A stretch of 64,000 nt of DNA from assembly GCA_028534125.1 (NCBI GenBank), contig CM052817.1, positions 72,232,001 through 72,296,000 of the forward strand, given 5' to 3'. Every line of letters starts with the position of its first letter. Positions within the stretch are counted from its first letter, which is position 1. This document shows positions 10,431 through 23,443 of this stretch, in pieces. The notes below the pieces were generated by a model. That model was given only the letters and a program-made list of their open reading frames with translations. It did not search any database and had not been told where the DNA came from. Both the position numbers and the translations under genes were made by a program. The DNA is from Lama glama. Lineage: Eukaryota.

Positions 10431-13157
10431 TTAAAAGAGAATGCAGATAGGAAAAAAGGAGAGATACTTAGAATATACATGACATGCAAAAATGTAGCCT
10501 CATTAAGAAAAGTATTTCTTACACATTTACATGAAAAAGTTGAGTCAAGAAATGAAAGAACTTGTACCTGTGAGTCACACAGCAAACAACAGGTGACAAA
10601 ACCAGAATTAGAGATGGAGCGCCTCTCTAACTGTTAGGATTCGGAGTGATTTTTGGTTTTTAATTTTCCAAATGATCTACAATAAACCCATTGCTTTTTT
10701 TGTCTCAGTTAAAAAAAAAAAACACCAGCAAACTGTTTTCTTTACTTTATTGACAGAAAAATAAATGCCTCAAATGAGTATGCTGACCAGTTTTTCAGCT
10801 CTGAGGATCTACACTCCTCACTACCTAAATTAAAGGGCTGATCCCCTGTCTTGCATGCCTTCAGGAAAGCAAACACTTCAGGGTATTTCTGAAGATTCCC
10901 AGAATGTTCTTACATGTCCGGGTTTTTGTTTATTACTTTGGTCCTGAGACACTTTCTTGAAATATCTCTCACCACCTTGTAACTGCTTGTCCTTATCCCG
11001 CTTCATTCAACCCCAGGAAGGCTGAGACAGGAGGGACGCGGGGAAGGAGATGGAAATAATTAATTGCCGATTTTCTGATGAAGGTATCAGCATACCATTC
11101 TCATTATAGAAACAGGCCCCCACATGAAATACACGTTATCCGATCATACAAAATTTTCGTTTCCTAAAATGTTCTGTATTACTCTATTTGTCATCAGCGT
11201 GGTTTACCTATGTGAATCTGAGGCAGAGTTTAGGGACATATTTCAAAAGAAGACATAATGAGATTAGTCTGCAATAATCCGTACTTCCATTTCAAACAGA
11301 TTGCTGTCCCTTACGTGTCTCTGCTTCTGCCTTTCCTTCTTTCTTTCTTTCTTTTTTCCTTTATTGCTGTTGTCCCCTGACCTTTAACTGGGAGACATAT
11401 ATAAAGATTGCATGCTAGTGTTTCAAATGATTCCTTTCATTGTTATTGGTAAGTTTTATACATAAGGTTCTTATTGTCCTTGTAGAAGGGAGAGGTAAAA
11501 TCAATTTCCTCTTTAACATATTGATAAACAACTCCAGATATAAGCGGTGGGGAGGAGAAGCTAGATTTACCTTTGTGTGACCTACCGAGGAATGCTGGAA
11601 AAAATTAATTCCAGAATATTATGTCAACATTCCTTGAGGTTGTGGAGATGATTTACATAGTAGGTCTTCCCTCTCCACCCAGCTACTTTCATCCCGATAC
11701 TGTAAATTGCTTTCATTTTCCCCCTCCGATCTGTGTGCTGGCGGTATTGTTGTGATAAATTATGGAGGTACAGAACTGAAAATGGTGTGTAGATTGTCTA
11801 AGAAATTGAGTGCAGTCAGCCTTAAAAGTGGTGGATGATGTGCTAAAGCAGCTACCTCACCCTGGCCATGTCCCATATGTCGTCAATGAACAGCTGCTTT
11901 TAACTTTGCCTTTTGCCCAGAGCAGGAGAGCTGCTGGATTTATTGAATTAATAACCACTCCATTATGTGTGTTTTGTTTTCCTGTGACCGTGAAATCTGG
12001 CTATAATGTTAGGAAAGTGTAAGACAGGTCTCCTTAACAAACAAGGCGGTATCTATTTTGGGGGTCATTATTTAATACTTAATCTTCTGGGTAGAAAATA
12101 ATAGGGAAATCCTTTCAAATCTAGACTAGAATGTTCCTAACAATATTGAGTTAAAAAGGCATTTTATAGGTTACATAGCTAGATAGAATCTGGCTTTCAC
12201 TATGATTTGTAGTCTGAAGCACAGCTACTGAATGCAATGTGTTTGTGATTGAATAAGGCTTTTTTTTTTTTAAATCCGTATTTTCTTTTTTTAGGGCCAA
12301 ATGTTATATATATATTTTTCCTAGATGAACATCTGAATACTTTCTGCAGGAAATGAGGGCAAAATCAAAACTATCTTCCTTTTACAACCTAGGTCATTTC
12401 CTGAAGAGTTTTGAATTCGGCACGAAAGGCAGGATTTCAGCAGGGGAGGAATGCAGACATGTGGGAAAGGTTGTACTGGCGACCTTTAATTTTTTTGACC
12501 AAGAAGGTGCAAGATAAGTCTTCTATCAAGAAGTTTCAGTTAGGACCATTTTGATTAATGGTGGTTTTCTTTCTTTCTTCTTTTCTTTTTTTTTTAATCA
12601 GGCAAACCCACGATTGTTCATGTCTCCCCGCACCTACCTCAGTCTTCTATCCTTTACACCAGAATTTTATAGAAAACAATCAAGAAGGTACATGAATACT
12701 CTTTGTCAGCTGTGTTTCAGCTCCTGGTAACTTTACCTGTTGTCACTAGCAAGTGGCAGAAATAGCTGTCTTTTGAAGACCTATAATAGTTTTGAATTTT
12801 TTTTCTTATTTGTTTGTTTCTTAAAAGGAAAAGCAATAAAGATACTCAAGTTTATTGCTAGAAAGGGTCTAAAAGAGTACCTATTTCAAGCCTTCATTTT
12901 ACATATGGGGAAACTGAGGCTCAGAAAAGAATTTTTAGTTTGCTTAAGAATACAGATGATTGTAACACATTTCTAAAAAGTCCCAATGTAGTGTTTTATC
13001 CACCACAAAACTAAAAAGAAAGGCCTGTATTTTTAAAGAAATTGAATCTCTGTTTATTTGTTTACAATGCAATGATCTCAAACTACTAAACAATGAAATA
13101 AGACTTTTCATGCATTCTCTTTTAAAATTATATTTCTTAAAGCTAGAACTCAACTGT

Positions 13158-13380
13158 GTTTGGGATTTGGAGATACTAACTACTATATATAAAATAAATA
13201 AACAACAAGGTCCTACTGTATAGCACAGGGACTATATTTAATATATTATAATAGCTTATATTGAAAAAGAATATGAAAAAATATATATGTATACATGAAT
13301 CATTACGCTGTACACGAAAAATTAACACAACTTGGAAACTGTCTGTATTTCAATTAAATAAATAAATAAATAAATAAAAT
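13158..13380 (+). mobile_element. L1 3' UTR fragment with (AAAT)n tail
   Basis: aacaacaaggtcctactgtatagcacagggactatattta..., homologous to 9175-9380, ending in (AAAT) repeats. Confidence 0.9.
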
Positions 13381-13539
13381 GAAAAACACCATGAATTAAT
13401 GTAAAGAAAAAGAAAAGTGAATGGCGATAGCGATGCTTTGTAAAGACCCTGAAAAGACTCCTCATTGAGTATATTTACATTTTATTTAGCATAGTATATT
13501 TTACTTTATTCTCTTTCTAAAACAGGGTACTGTGAAATA

Positions 13540-13750
13540 AGTAATTGGTAAGTGCCTACCATGAGCCAGGCACTGCCTGAATTTTGCGAATCTTCTAAAC
13601 ATCCCTCGTAGCAGGAATTACGGTGCTCACTTTACAAACTAAAATGAGAATGAGGATTTTACCAATTTGCTCAAAGTCATAAAAGTAAGTGATTGAACTG
13701 GGATTCAAGTTCAAGTCTACTTCAATTCAAAGCTCAGGCTCCTTCCATTA
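13540..13750 (-). mobile_element. MIR SINE
   Basis: agtgcctaccatgagccaggcactg..tttgctcaaagtcat..ctgggattcaa, the reverse orientation of MIR. Confidence 0.7.
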
Positions 13751-16700
13751 GAAAAGGTTACTTGCATATACGTAAAACATGTCTTATTAAATAAATTAGT
13801 ACTTACACTCAAAATAAGCAGTAGAGCAGAAAATCTATTACATATGCTTTTAAGATATAGTCAAAGAAAAACTGAATGAATATTCTCTCTTGCATGTGCC
13901 TACCCCCCCCCAACAGACATGGAGTCACAGACTCAGTCACACAGCCCGCAGCCACACATACACAGTTGCTCAAGTTATTATGTATAGTCTACTGTTAAAG
14001 GACTGAAAGTTGCCTTTATTATTGGTTGAAATTCAGAAATGGGTATTGCTTTTATTACATAATTTTCTTTGCAATTTCTGGGGCTATTTAAGCCACTGAA
14101 AGTGTTTCTGAAATATATTTTTAAACCTAAAAATGCCTATTATAAATTATAAAAAGTAGATTCAATCTCACAAGTATTTACTGTCTTCCAGAATCAAAAT
14201 ATTTATCAGTGATGACACACATACACACACACACACAAAATGAGAAAACACAGATTTGGGAGTTTGTTTTGCTAAAATGAAGATTGTTAGTTGGATGAGA
14301 GTGGCATTTGGGGTCATTGTTTCTATTTCCAAGCTTAACATGAAGTGAAATAAAGTGTTTACAGTGGGAAAGGGTTCTATTTGCAGGAGTCCAGAAATTA
14401 ATTGTAGATAAACTGATTCTAAGTTTGCCTGGGGCCGTGTTGGTTTAACTTGTCCTTCAGGAACTCGCGGTCCCCCCACTCTCACTGCTTCTGGTTTGGT
14501 TGGTAGGTGGTCACCCTAGTGAGACAGCAGCATGGCGCAGCGTGCCTTGAAGAGAGATGCGCTGAATACATTATAAGGTGTTTCACATATCTGCATGGAC
14601 ATTAAAAACAGCATACTTTGTTTTCCACGTGCATTAATATTTCCAGTGACTAATAATCTTGCAGTTCTTCAGATAATAACTTCCTTATACTCCAGAGAAT
14701 ACCGTTAACTGTTTCTTCAAGTGATTTTACTCTTCCTGTGTACAAGTCACCTAGTGAAAAAACAGAACAGTAGCTGGGACATTACCATCAGTGAAACTAA
14801 ATCTGGTCCTGTCTTCCTTCAGCTCTAAGAGAACAAAAAGAAAAGATCTAACTCATCGATTGGTCCGTGTATCAGAAACTTATTTCCTCACAGCAAGACA
14901 GATCCCTCTTCTGATACTTCACAGCAAAAGCCCTCTCCAAATAAAGCTCCCACTTCTAAGCCATTATGCACATTTTACATTAAAAAATATCTCAAAGGGC
15001 TATGATGCATTTTTAAGATTCAGTTGATGAACTGCAGGGAAAAACTGTATTTTTCTACCATATGAATAAGATGAAGCCTCAACTTGTAGATTCATTTTTA
15101 TCTAAATCTATCCTCAAATAAACGAGATCTGCTGATTGTGGGTGGCCAGGCTGTTGGGGGTGGCACTATAATTGCACATGCATTTTGATAGCATGGCATC
15201 TAAAGACAGTTTTGAGGAGCCACCCCTTACAGACATAGCACTGGGATTTTTACTAAGAGTCCCATGGTGGTTAGTAAGGCAATCTTGGATTGACATGATA
15301 ACAAATTAAAATACACCAGCTCCCTGCTTCCTAGTCCAGAGCCTTGTCCCTAACTATTACTGGGCAAAGGAAATGAGGTTAGAGAAGAGAACAAAGATTA
15401 GTATACCCAAACTTACAGACTAGGCGACTGTTTATTAGAGAAATGCAAGTAAAAGTTTATTTTCTATTCAAACCCTCAGACCTTTGACCCTTACTAAGCT
15501 ATACAGAAAACATCCATACGAGTGTTCTTACCTTTAGAAACCCCTAACTTACACCTTAGAGAGCTTTAAATATTTTATTTAATTAAATTTATAAGTAACT
15601 AAATGAAATGTGCTTATTTAGGCAATAAGGCTGACACTTAACTCTAGGTGTTTTATTTTTATTTAGGTGTGGCGTCAAAATGAATAAAATCCCTGTTGAA
15701 GCTCTGGAGCTGTTTTGTCCATGTACACAAAACTGGATCAAGATCTGCTTTCCAGGCAACACGGTGGCCTGTGAGGGAGGATATAAAAGTGTTCCTCCAA
15801 GAAGCTACACTCTAGGGGAGACAAATAGTCAAATTCCACCCCGCAGATCTTTAACTGAGCTCTAAATAAATGGGTTGCTGTTATAGTGTAGACACAATTG
15901 AAATGGTCTCCATTTCTAAATCAACAGACTGCTGCTCCATTCTGCGGTGGCTGAATTTCCTGGGTGGTCTTTAAGAATTGCCCCAGGAGGTAGGCACTGT
16001 CATAGTCTAATCCGGATGTTACAGAGGTATGTAAAATGGCATGTCTTGCAAGTTTAGTTTATGTGTTGTCTAGTCCTTCATGTGGAAACAGACATTCTTT
16101 TAAGCTTTTTAAGAACCTCTGTGGAATGAATGGGCTTGAAAGCTATTAACGTTGATTTTCTTAATAAAAGTGTTGAAATGAGACCTGGTGCTTATGTTGT
16201 AACATGAAAATATGTACGGGGGAATTGAAAAACTTTAAGAATCAAAGTTCCGGTTTGAAATGTGTATATCTGTCTATGACTTTTATTCCAGCATAAATTT
16301 TTGTGTATTCCTGCACCACACAACCACATTTACTAAGTTTACAATTAATATTGATTTTTTTTATAGTGGGAGACAATAAAAGATCATTTGGGACCATGCC
16401 AGTAGTTTCTAGAATGTCAGTGACACATTAGATACATAATAGTGAGATAATATGAATCTTTCCATGGAGTGGGGAAGAAGTGCCGTGAAGGGATACCTCT
16501 GAGGCAGGGAGTGTTGGAGCCCAAGAACCCCTCCCAGACGGAACTCCCAATAAGGAAACTGACAACACCTAGAAATGTACACACTGATGTGCCAGTCCCG
16601 CACCTGTCCTGCTAACAGCCCCGGAGGAGCCTGTTTGAGTTAGTCCAGTAAATCAAAGTGGTATCTCCCTTAAGAGGCAACTGAAAGGGAAGCAGTCCAA

Positions 16701-18475
16701 ACCATGCATTCCAATCCTTACTGGGCCACCTGGAATTTAAGGCTAAAGCACTGGCTTTTACTTCAAATGCATAAGGAGCCTACTTCCGCAGTGTGACCTT
16801 TCTCTCATTTTAGAGAATTAAATAGAGCTTACCAAAGGGTAACCTTCTCTCTTTTTCATGCACCTGCACACATCCCAAATCAAGAGTGCCGAAATGAAAT
16901 GATCCTTGAAAGCTGGGAAACAGCGATGACCTTTTGTAAGTAAGTCTTCCTGGAAAACATCTGGGAGGAAAGGTCTTGATGATATTAGAATCAATGTCAA
17001 AAGAACTGATAATTTGAGAAAACATTTAAAGATGCAGAATCTTATTTCAGTGGACTCTCAAACTCCCAGGAAGGGAAGGACTTGCTGAAATTCAATGAAA
17101 AATGAAATGTATTCTTGCTTTGATCTGTGTGGCTTGAGTGAAAACCCATGCAAAGTAATTATTTGAGGGTTACTAAGATGAATATTCTAATAAGTTCATT
17201 ATAACCAGCTATCTGCAGTGTGAAATCCCATGGAAGTATGCCGCTTACAGTTATTCAAGGGAGACATCCAGTGTAAATGGTTTTAATCCTTCCTCATCAA
17301 ATTAATATGGTGTGGATGTCCTGTGGATACAGACACTCAGCTATCTTTCTTGTTGACACATAGAAGAAAATTCTGGCCGGGCACACATGATTTATTCTTT
17401 ATATCTGGTGCCGGGCTGTAATCATTCACCCTGTTTCAAGTCTAGTTTGGCAACTTTATCTCACTTGCCGTTTGCATTTTTTGAAAGTGAAAATATATTC
17501 TGCAGCTTTTGATGTGTTGATTGGTAGGAAGGTAAAGCCAGCCGCACAGAGTCTCTGGAGACGGGCTCAGTGGCTAAATGAAGACCTCCAGTGCTTTCTT
17601 GTTAGCCCAGACAGATCTATGTCCCGATGAACCACAACTGGTCAATAGCGGAGGCTCTCAACGCATGTGCTCAGAAGCCACAAATCAGTTTTCCCCAGGA
17701 CTTAGTTATCCGCATATTGTGCTGTAGGCCAGGCCCTGCTGTCGCTTGCCTGACTGTAATTTTTCCCCCAGTGAAGTTTTTAAAGTCGCAGGCTGAGACT
17801 GTAACCGTGCTCTCCCGGCAACAAGGCTGTCACTAGCCTTCCAGATAGCAACTGCTCATCAAATAAATTGCTGCTTTAATGTCCTCGGGCCTCTCACTAT
17901 TAAGGAGGCTCAGTGCTAGCAGGATTTCCCACTGTTACGTTTGCCTCTTCCAAAATGTATTTCCAAATGTTTCCTTACCTATGGCCAGCGTTTGTGTTAA
18001 AATGATATATGTGTCTGAGCTGTCCCGTTACATTATTAAGTCTCCATCACTTCTTGCAATGGCAGCCTTCTAGATCTCCACATAGCTGGCCTCTCGGCTG
18101 TTTAATCCACCTGTGCCTTGCTTCCAGAGACATCTTTCAAAATCCAAATCTAGTCACGTTACTCCTCTTTTTAGAATCTCCCACTGTCTCCTCACTGGGG
18201 CCTCTGAAAAATCCCCTTGTGTTTGGGCCTCGGCTGCCCTAAGAAAATACCTTTTTATTAAGGAGAATTGCTTTCTTTGGACACCAGAATGTCCCCTGAA
18301 AGGAGTCCAGTGCCTCTTTGTAAAATTATAGTTTGAATTTAGGCCCCAAAGCTATGTTTGAAATACCTGTGTTATTGGCTTGTGGTGCAGCTTTTAAAAG
18401 GATTAGTGGGCTATTTTTGTGAGGGGAGCCCCATCTCTGGCCAGCAGGCCACCCCTGATGTGCTTTGGGCAGACC

Positions 18476-18556
18476 CACTCCTAAGCACAAGTTCTCCCTC
18501 TCCGTGAGCAGGCTTCACTCCTTAAGCACAAGTTCTCCCTCTCCGTGAACAGGCTT
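18476..18556. repeat. Tandem duplication, 2 x 40/41 bp
   Basis: cactcc(t)taagcacaagttctccctctccgtga(g/a)caggctt at 18476-18515 and 18516-18556, differing by one indel and one substitution. Confidence 0.95.
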
Positions 18557-18603
18557 CGCTCCCCCTGTCAGCGCGGCCTCATCTCAAAGATTCCAGTCAC
18601 ACA

Positions 18604-18622
18604 CGGCGCCCTCTAGGGAGAG
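18604..18622 (-). promoter_or_regulatory. Candidate CTCF-binding motif
   Basis: Minus strand ctctCCCTAGAGGGCGCcg resembles the CTCF core CCRSYAGRKGGCRS with two mismatches, in a locally GC/CpG-richer patch. Confidence 0.45.
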
Positions 18623-19264
18623 GCTCTGTTACTGCACACCCGACCCCAGTGGGGTCCGTTCTCATCCTCCCCTGCTCCGATGCCTGTGTGAGCGTCTCAG
18701 GGCAACACCTTCCTCCTTCTTTGCCAATGGGAGCCATTCTTCACCACTTTATACTCTAGTGTAAAAGTACACCACCAGACTCTTGAGAGCAGTATCAATG
18801 GCACATGGTAACTGCTCTCACTGCCCACTTCCCTCTTCCTTCCAGCAATACTGACTCACAGGGCCCTGCGTGGCTGCCTCTTCAAGCCTCACGACTTTGC
18901 CTATTCTCCGCTATGGTTGCATTCCCCTGGATTTTTCTTTATCTGCCTGCTAAACTCTTACTCATTCTCTAAGTCTCAACCCAAACATCACCTCTACTTT
19001 GACATTTACCAAGGCTAAAGGGAAAAAAGTAGTTTTTTTTGTTTGTTTTTGTTTTTGTTTTTTTTAGTAACGAAAGAGACTTGAGCCTGTTTGGGAGAAA
19101 AGGCAGTAGAGTACGAGAGATTGATAGGCTGGGATAATCGATGGAGCCCAGTCCAGAAAAGAGATGATAAAGGGTGAGATCAAAGCGCAGAAGGAACGCA
19201 TCATCCGCCTGCCCTCACGCAGCCCCCGTGGATTGTAACCATTTGTTCGCTTGCAGCTCTCTCT

Positions 19265-19693
19265 GCTCCAAGGGACTGGTGGTCCAAGCCCCCATTGTCT
19301 CTTGCTTGGATCACTGTGACAGCCTCCAAAGTGATCTCCTTATTTCCACTCTTGCTCCACTTTAGAATAATCTCACCACAGCAGCCAGAGCCAGTCCTAA
19401 AATGCAAGTCAGATCCGGTTACTCTTCTGCTCAAAACGTCCCCACCCTTTCCGTGTAAGCACCAGTGGGCGACGAGCCCCCACATAACGTGCTCTGCTCT
19501 CTTCTCTTCCAGGGCTGTATTGCCTTCTAATGCAGTATTTATGTGACTTAGTTATATTGTTTGTTTAAACTCCCCACTCCAACAAGCGTGTGAGCTTCAT
19601 GAGGGTATTTTGACTGTTTCCTTTCCTGCCGTATCACCTCTAATTGGGACATATAGTAAGTCCTCAATAAATATTTTTGAATGAATGAGTGAA
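19265..19693 (+). mobile_element. L2 3' end
   Basis: ctcttgcttggatcactgtgacagcctcc..cagcagccagag..aaatgcaagtcagat..cctcaataaatatttttgaatgaatgagtgaa. Confidence 0.85.
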
Positions 19694-19732
19694 TTTTCCT
19701 GTGGATACTCAAATAAATAAAAATAGTGTAAA

Positions 19733-19862
19733 GGGGTGGTGGAGTATAGCTCTCTGGTAGAGTGTGTGCTTGGAGAGAACAAGGTCCTGGGTTTAATCTT
19801 CAGTGCCTCCATTAGGGGAAAAAAAAGGTATCTACAAAAATATATGAAAAATTTAAAAAAGC
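19733..19862 (+). mobile_element. tRNA-derived short SINE (Vic-1 type, camelid)
   Basis: ggagtatagctctctggtagagtgtgtgctt..caaggtcctgggtttaatcttcagtgcctccatta, with A/B-box-like motifs and an A-rich tail. atagtgta is repeated on both flanks. Confidence 0.85.
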
Positions 19863-22049
19863 ATAGTGTAGAGATTAAAAAAATTTTAAAATTTGTGTTA
19901 TCCATTATTTTGGCAAAAATCTTTGATATCTCTAATGTAAGTCCTTTTCAATACCATTTCTTGCCTACTAACTAAACTTAGGAAATTTGGATTACTCCTT
20001 AATGGCACTGTGTGAATAAGACACTAAAGTTATCATCCTCGCATATCTCTGTTGATCATTTCTCAGTTTTTTTTTAAACTAATGACCCTTAAGTTTTCTG
20101 TTTTCCTGAATATACTAGCAGAACGATTTTAAAGTGATGTCTTTCTTATAAAACTACACACAATTTTTTTAGAAATTTTGCTCACTAAGAGAAAATAAGC
20201 AAAGTTAGAAAAACTTATAATTTGCATTTGGATAACTAAAATAAATGCAGACAACTTCATATCTGTTTGCATGATCATGTTTTAATTGCTGCTGAGTGTA
20301 TCAACTAACATCTTAATTTTTATTCCGAAAGTTGTCCCCAGTAAGTATTCAAAATTTTGTCTTTATGAATGGTATTTTACAGAAACATGGAATCCTAGCT
20401 GAAAGACTTACTTTAATTTTAAACTATATAAAAGTGTGTTTCTTAACTGAGCTCATAAACAGGATTCAATTTTTATCTCTCATGACACATACATGCCAAG
20501 GGAATATTTTCATGCCAAAAGACAGTTGCCCTTTCCGTGCCACAAAGAGCAAAGTGGTGGCTGTTTGGGCTTTGAACCGCATGCCCGTGAAGTCAAGTCA
20601 CACATTTCTCAATGCCAGTACGCAAACAGGGGAAGAATGAAAGCCAGAGCCTGTGAAAGGAATTCTTGGACGGCTTGAGGAGTGTATAAAATGTCCTCTA
20701 TAATTTTCAGCCTCCTGCAGTGCAAGTGATTAGCTAAAGAAACACTTTGAACCTGTTAGTGGTACATCTTTTAAACCATTTTAAATTATGGAAAAGATAG
20801 TCCTCAAGAAATTAATTAAAGTTTTGGACAATAATGCAATCAGGGATATCTGTGTTTGCAGTCTTTCCTCTCTGCTTGCATACATCTTTCTCTGTCAAGT
20901 ACATCAAACAGCTAATTAGCCCCATTTTAAGAGCTTCACTGCTCACATCACTTAAAAGGATCTCTAGGCTGCCTTCTTAGAGAGTTCACACTTACCGTGC
21001 ATTGGTTTCCCGAATGCTTCATGGACTTTGAAAGAATCTATTTCCTATGTATTAGAGGAACTTTAAAAGTAGATGGACTTTCTTTCCCACAAATCAATTT
21101 TCTTTGTTTTGTTACTCATGATCAGCATTTTATAAATAATCTTGTAAGGGTTGATAAACCTATTTCACCTGGTATGTGCTTATTTTCATTAAATATTGGG
21201 TTTGCTGAAGACATCTGAAAGACATTAGAATGACTGCTTTTTATTAAGACATGTGGGACCAGAAAAAAATTATGAGAGACTAAAGTGTTGCTTTCATTTA
21301 GCATAAAGCTTTACCATGACAAAAGTTCGGTGTTTCAAATACCCATTTTGAAATAACTACAGGTCACATGATCTACAGATATCACATGTTAGCACATGTT
21401 AAAAGTTATAACCATAACTAGAGACAGAATTTCTGACTCACTGCTTCCATTAATCTGAACTATCACATGTCATCTCAAGTTGACTATAAAAATAACTCAA
21501 GACGCCAGAGTGCTTCAATTAACAGCTGAAATATTGTGATATTTTAACACAGGTGATATAAAGAATCAGAGCCACAAATAGATACATGGCTGTGAGTTAT
21601 AGCTATTTCCTTGCAGGTTTATTGTGGAGGGCAGATGTAGAGCATGCTTTCGCTTCTCATAAGCCAATCAAGCAGGATAGGGTGTGGGTGGGTGAGGGAG
21701 TGGGGAGAGGTGACTTATACTTATATGGTTTTTTGATCATCTAAATGCATGTATGAATAAGACCTGAGGCAAGAAAGGTGGCACGTAGTTCAAGAACACC
21801 CAAGGTGCTTGATAGAGAAATTGTGCGGTATCTTGAGTTGAGTGGGACAAGGTACCCAGAGGAGCCAAGCAAACATTTGTAAAATAATAGCAACAATACT
21901 AGTACACATTCATTGTGAACTTGGGATGGTTTAAGCATAACTTTAAATGTTGTAAATATGTATACTTTTCCAGTTTTATTGAAATGTAATTGACAGCCTA
22001 CACTGTGTAAGTTGAAAGGGTATAATGATTTGAAAATTCTAAATATTTT

Positions 22050-22245
22050 AATTCATTGAATCTTTACACCAGCCTTTGAGGTAGGTACCATTATTATGTA
22101 ACATAATCAACTCAACGTCTACTCAATGTAGAAACTGAGCCATAGAGAGTTTAAGTAACTTGCTCAAGGTCACACATCCATTAAATGGTGGATTTACTTT
22201 TGATTCCAGGCAGTTGGGCTCCATAGGGCTACATTCCTAACATCC
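22050..22245 (-). mobile_element. MIR SINE
   Basis: tgaggtaggtaccattatt..gaaactgagccatagagagtttaagtaacttgctcaaggtcacaca..ccaggcagttgggctcca. Confidence 0.8.
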
Positions 22246-23282
22246 TGAAGAAAGAATGAAAGGCTGAAAGGATGAAGATAGAGTGATGGAGATGGGGTCG
22301 GGAAGGAAGGGGAGACAAGAAGTAAGAAAAGAAAGGAGCACTAGGTAGAAGCTAGGAAAAAACTATTTGTTTAGGTGACACCTAATATTACAATTTTAAT
22401 GGAAGGTCAGAATGCTTAAGGAGTAAAGGAAGGAATAGTGGGAAAAAGATTTCCCTGAGGAGTGTGATATTTGACCTGTGCTTTTGAAGTGAATCACTCT
22501 GGATTTAAGACTTTTTGTCTTAAAATTTCATTAAAACTTAACCCCTAACTAGTATTAATGCTTGCGAAAGTGTATTTTTATACCAAGCAGAAAACTATTT
22601 CAACAAAAATAAATATTATGGTTTCAAAGGAGAAGGAATGAAAGCCAGGTTGATACATGAACAATCCAAATAAAGTGAAGAAAAATAAAAGCACGTGAAC
22701 ACTTAAAAGTTTTACTCTTATTTTACTAGTAGCATGTTCCTAAGTCCCTACGTCTCAGTGCTATGCAGTTGAGACGTCAAGGCTGGCCTCATGCAGTGTG
22801 CCAAAGACCAATAAATAAGTCACCTTCAAGGCTTAATAACATAAAAGTTAAATATTTGTAGGGTGGCAGTTTGTAGAACCTGGACCTATTGTTATTGTGT
22901 TCTTTTTGGTCAAACACCTTCATGAGAAATGAGTTTCCATTCTGGCTTTAGGGCTCTGAACTGGTGGTGTCTGGGCCTTAGGATGTCCGAGCAACCTCCA
23001 GCCTGTAAGAGATTTAGGGATAGTTTGTGCTAGAGGTTACATAAATTGTCATTTAATACAACCATCTGACTTTAGAACTGAAGATCTTCTTGCCCTAGAA
23101 GGGAGGGTTCTTTATTAGTTCAATCAACCCATAACTACTGAGTGCCCACCACGTGCTAGGCACTGTTCTAGACACTGAGTCGGGAGACTCGTTTAACGTG
23201 ACACAGTGAATAAGCGATGCTCAGGAGAAGCAAAATCTTCGGTCACAGCGTCTTCCACTGATTCATGCAGCTACCCATTTTT

Positions 23283-23443
23283 TTTTAAATGTACAGCATA
23301 ATAGTTCAGTCATATATAGGCATACATATATTCGTTTTCATATTTTTTTCATTATATGTTACTACAAGATATCGAATATAGTTCACTGTGCTATACAGTA
23401 GAAACTTGCTGTTTATCTATTTTATATATAGTAGTTAGTATTT
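23283..23443 (-). mobile_element. Short L1 3' UTR insertion with TSD
   Basis: Reverse of the L1 3' UTR (aatatagttcactgtgctatacagtag). Diverged TSD gct(a/g)ccca(t/c)tttt at 23270-23282 and 23444-23456. Confidence 0.88.

Noticed and set aside
18476..18556. CRISPR-like repeat array
   Set aside because: Two directly adjacent units with no spacers, in mammalian DNA.
19174..19975. Cluster of overlapping ORFs
   Set aside because: All lie within L2 and SINE sequence.
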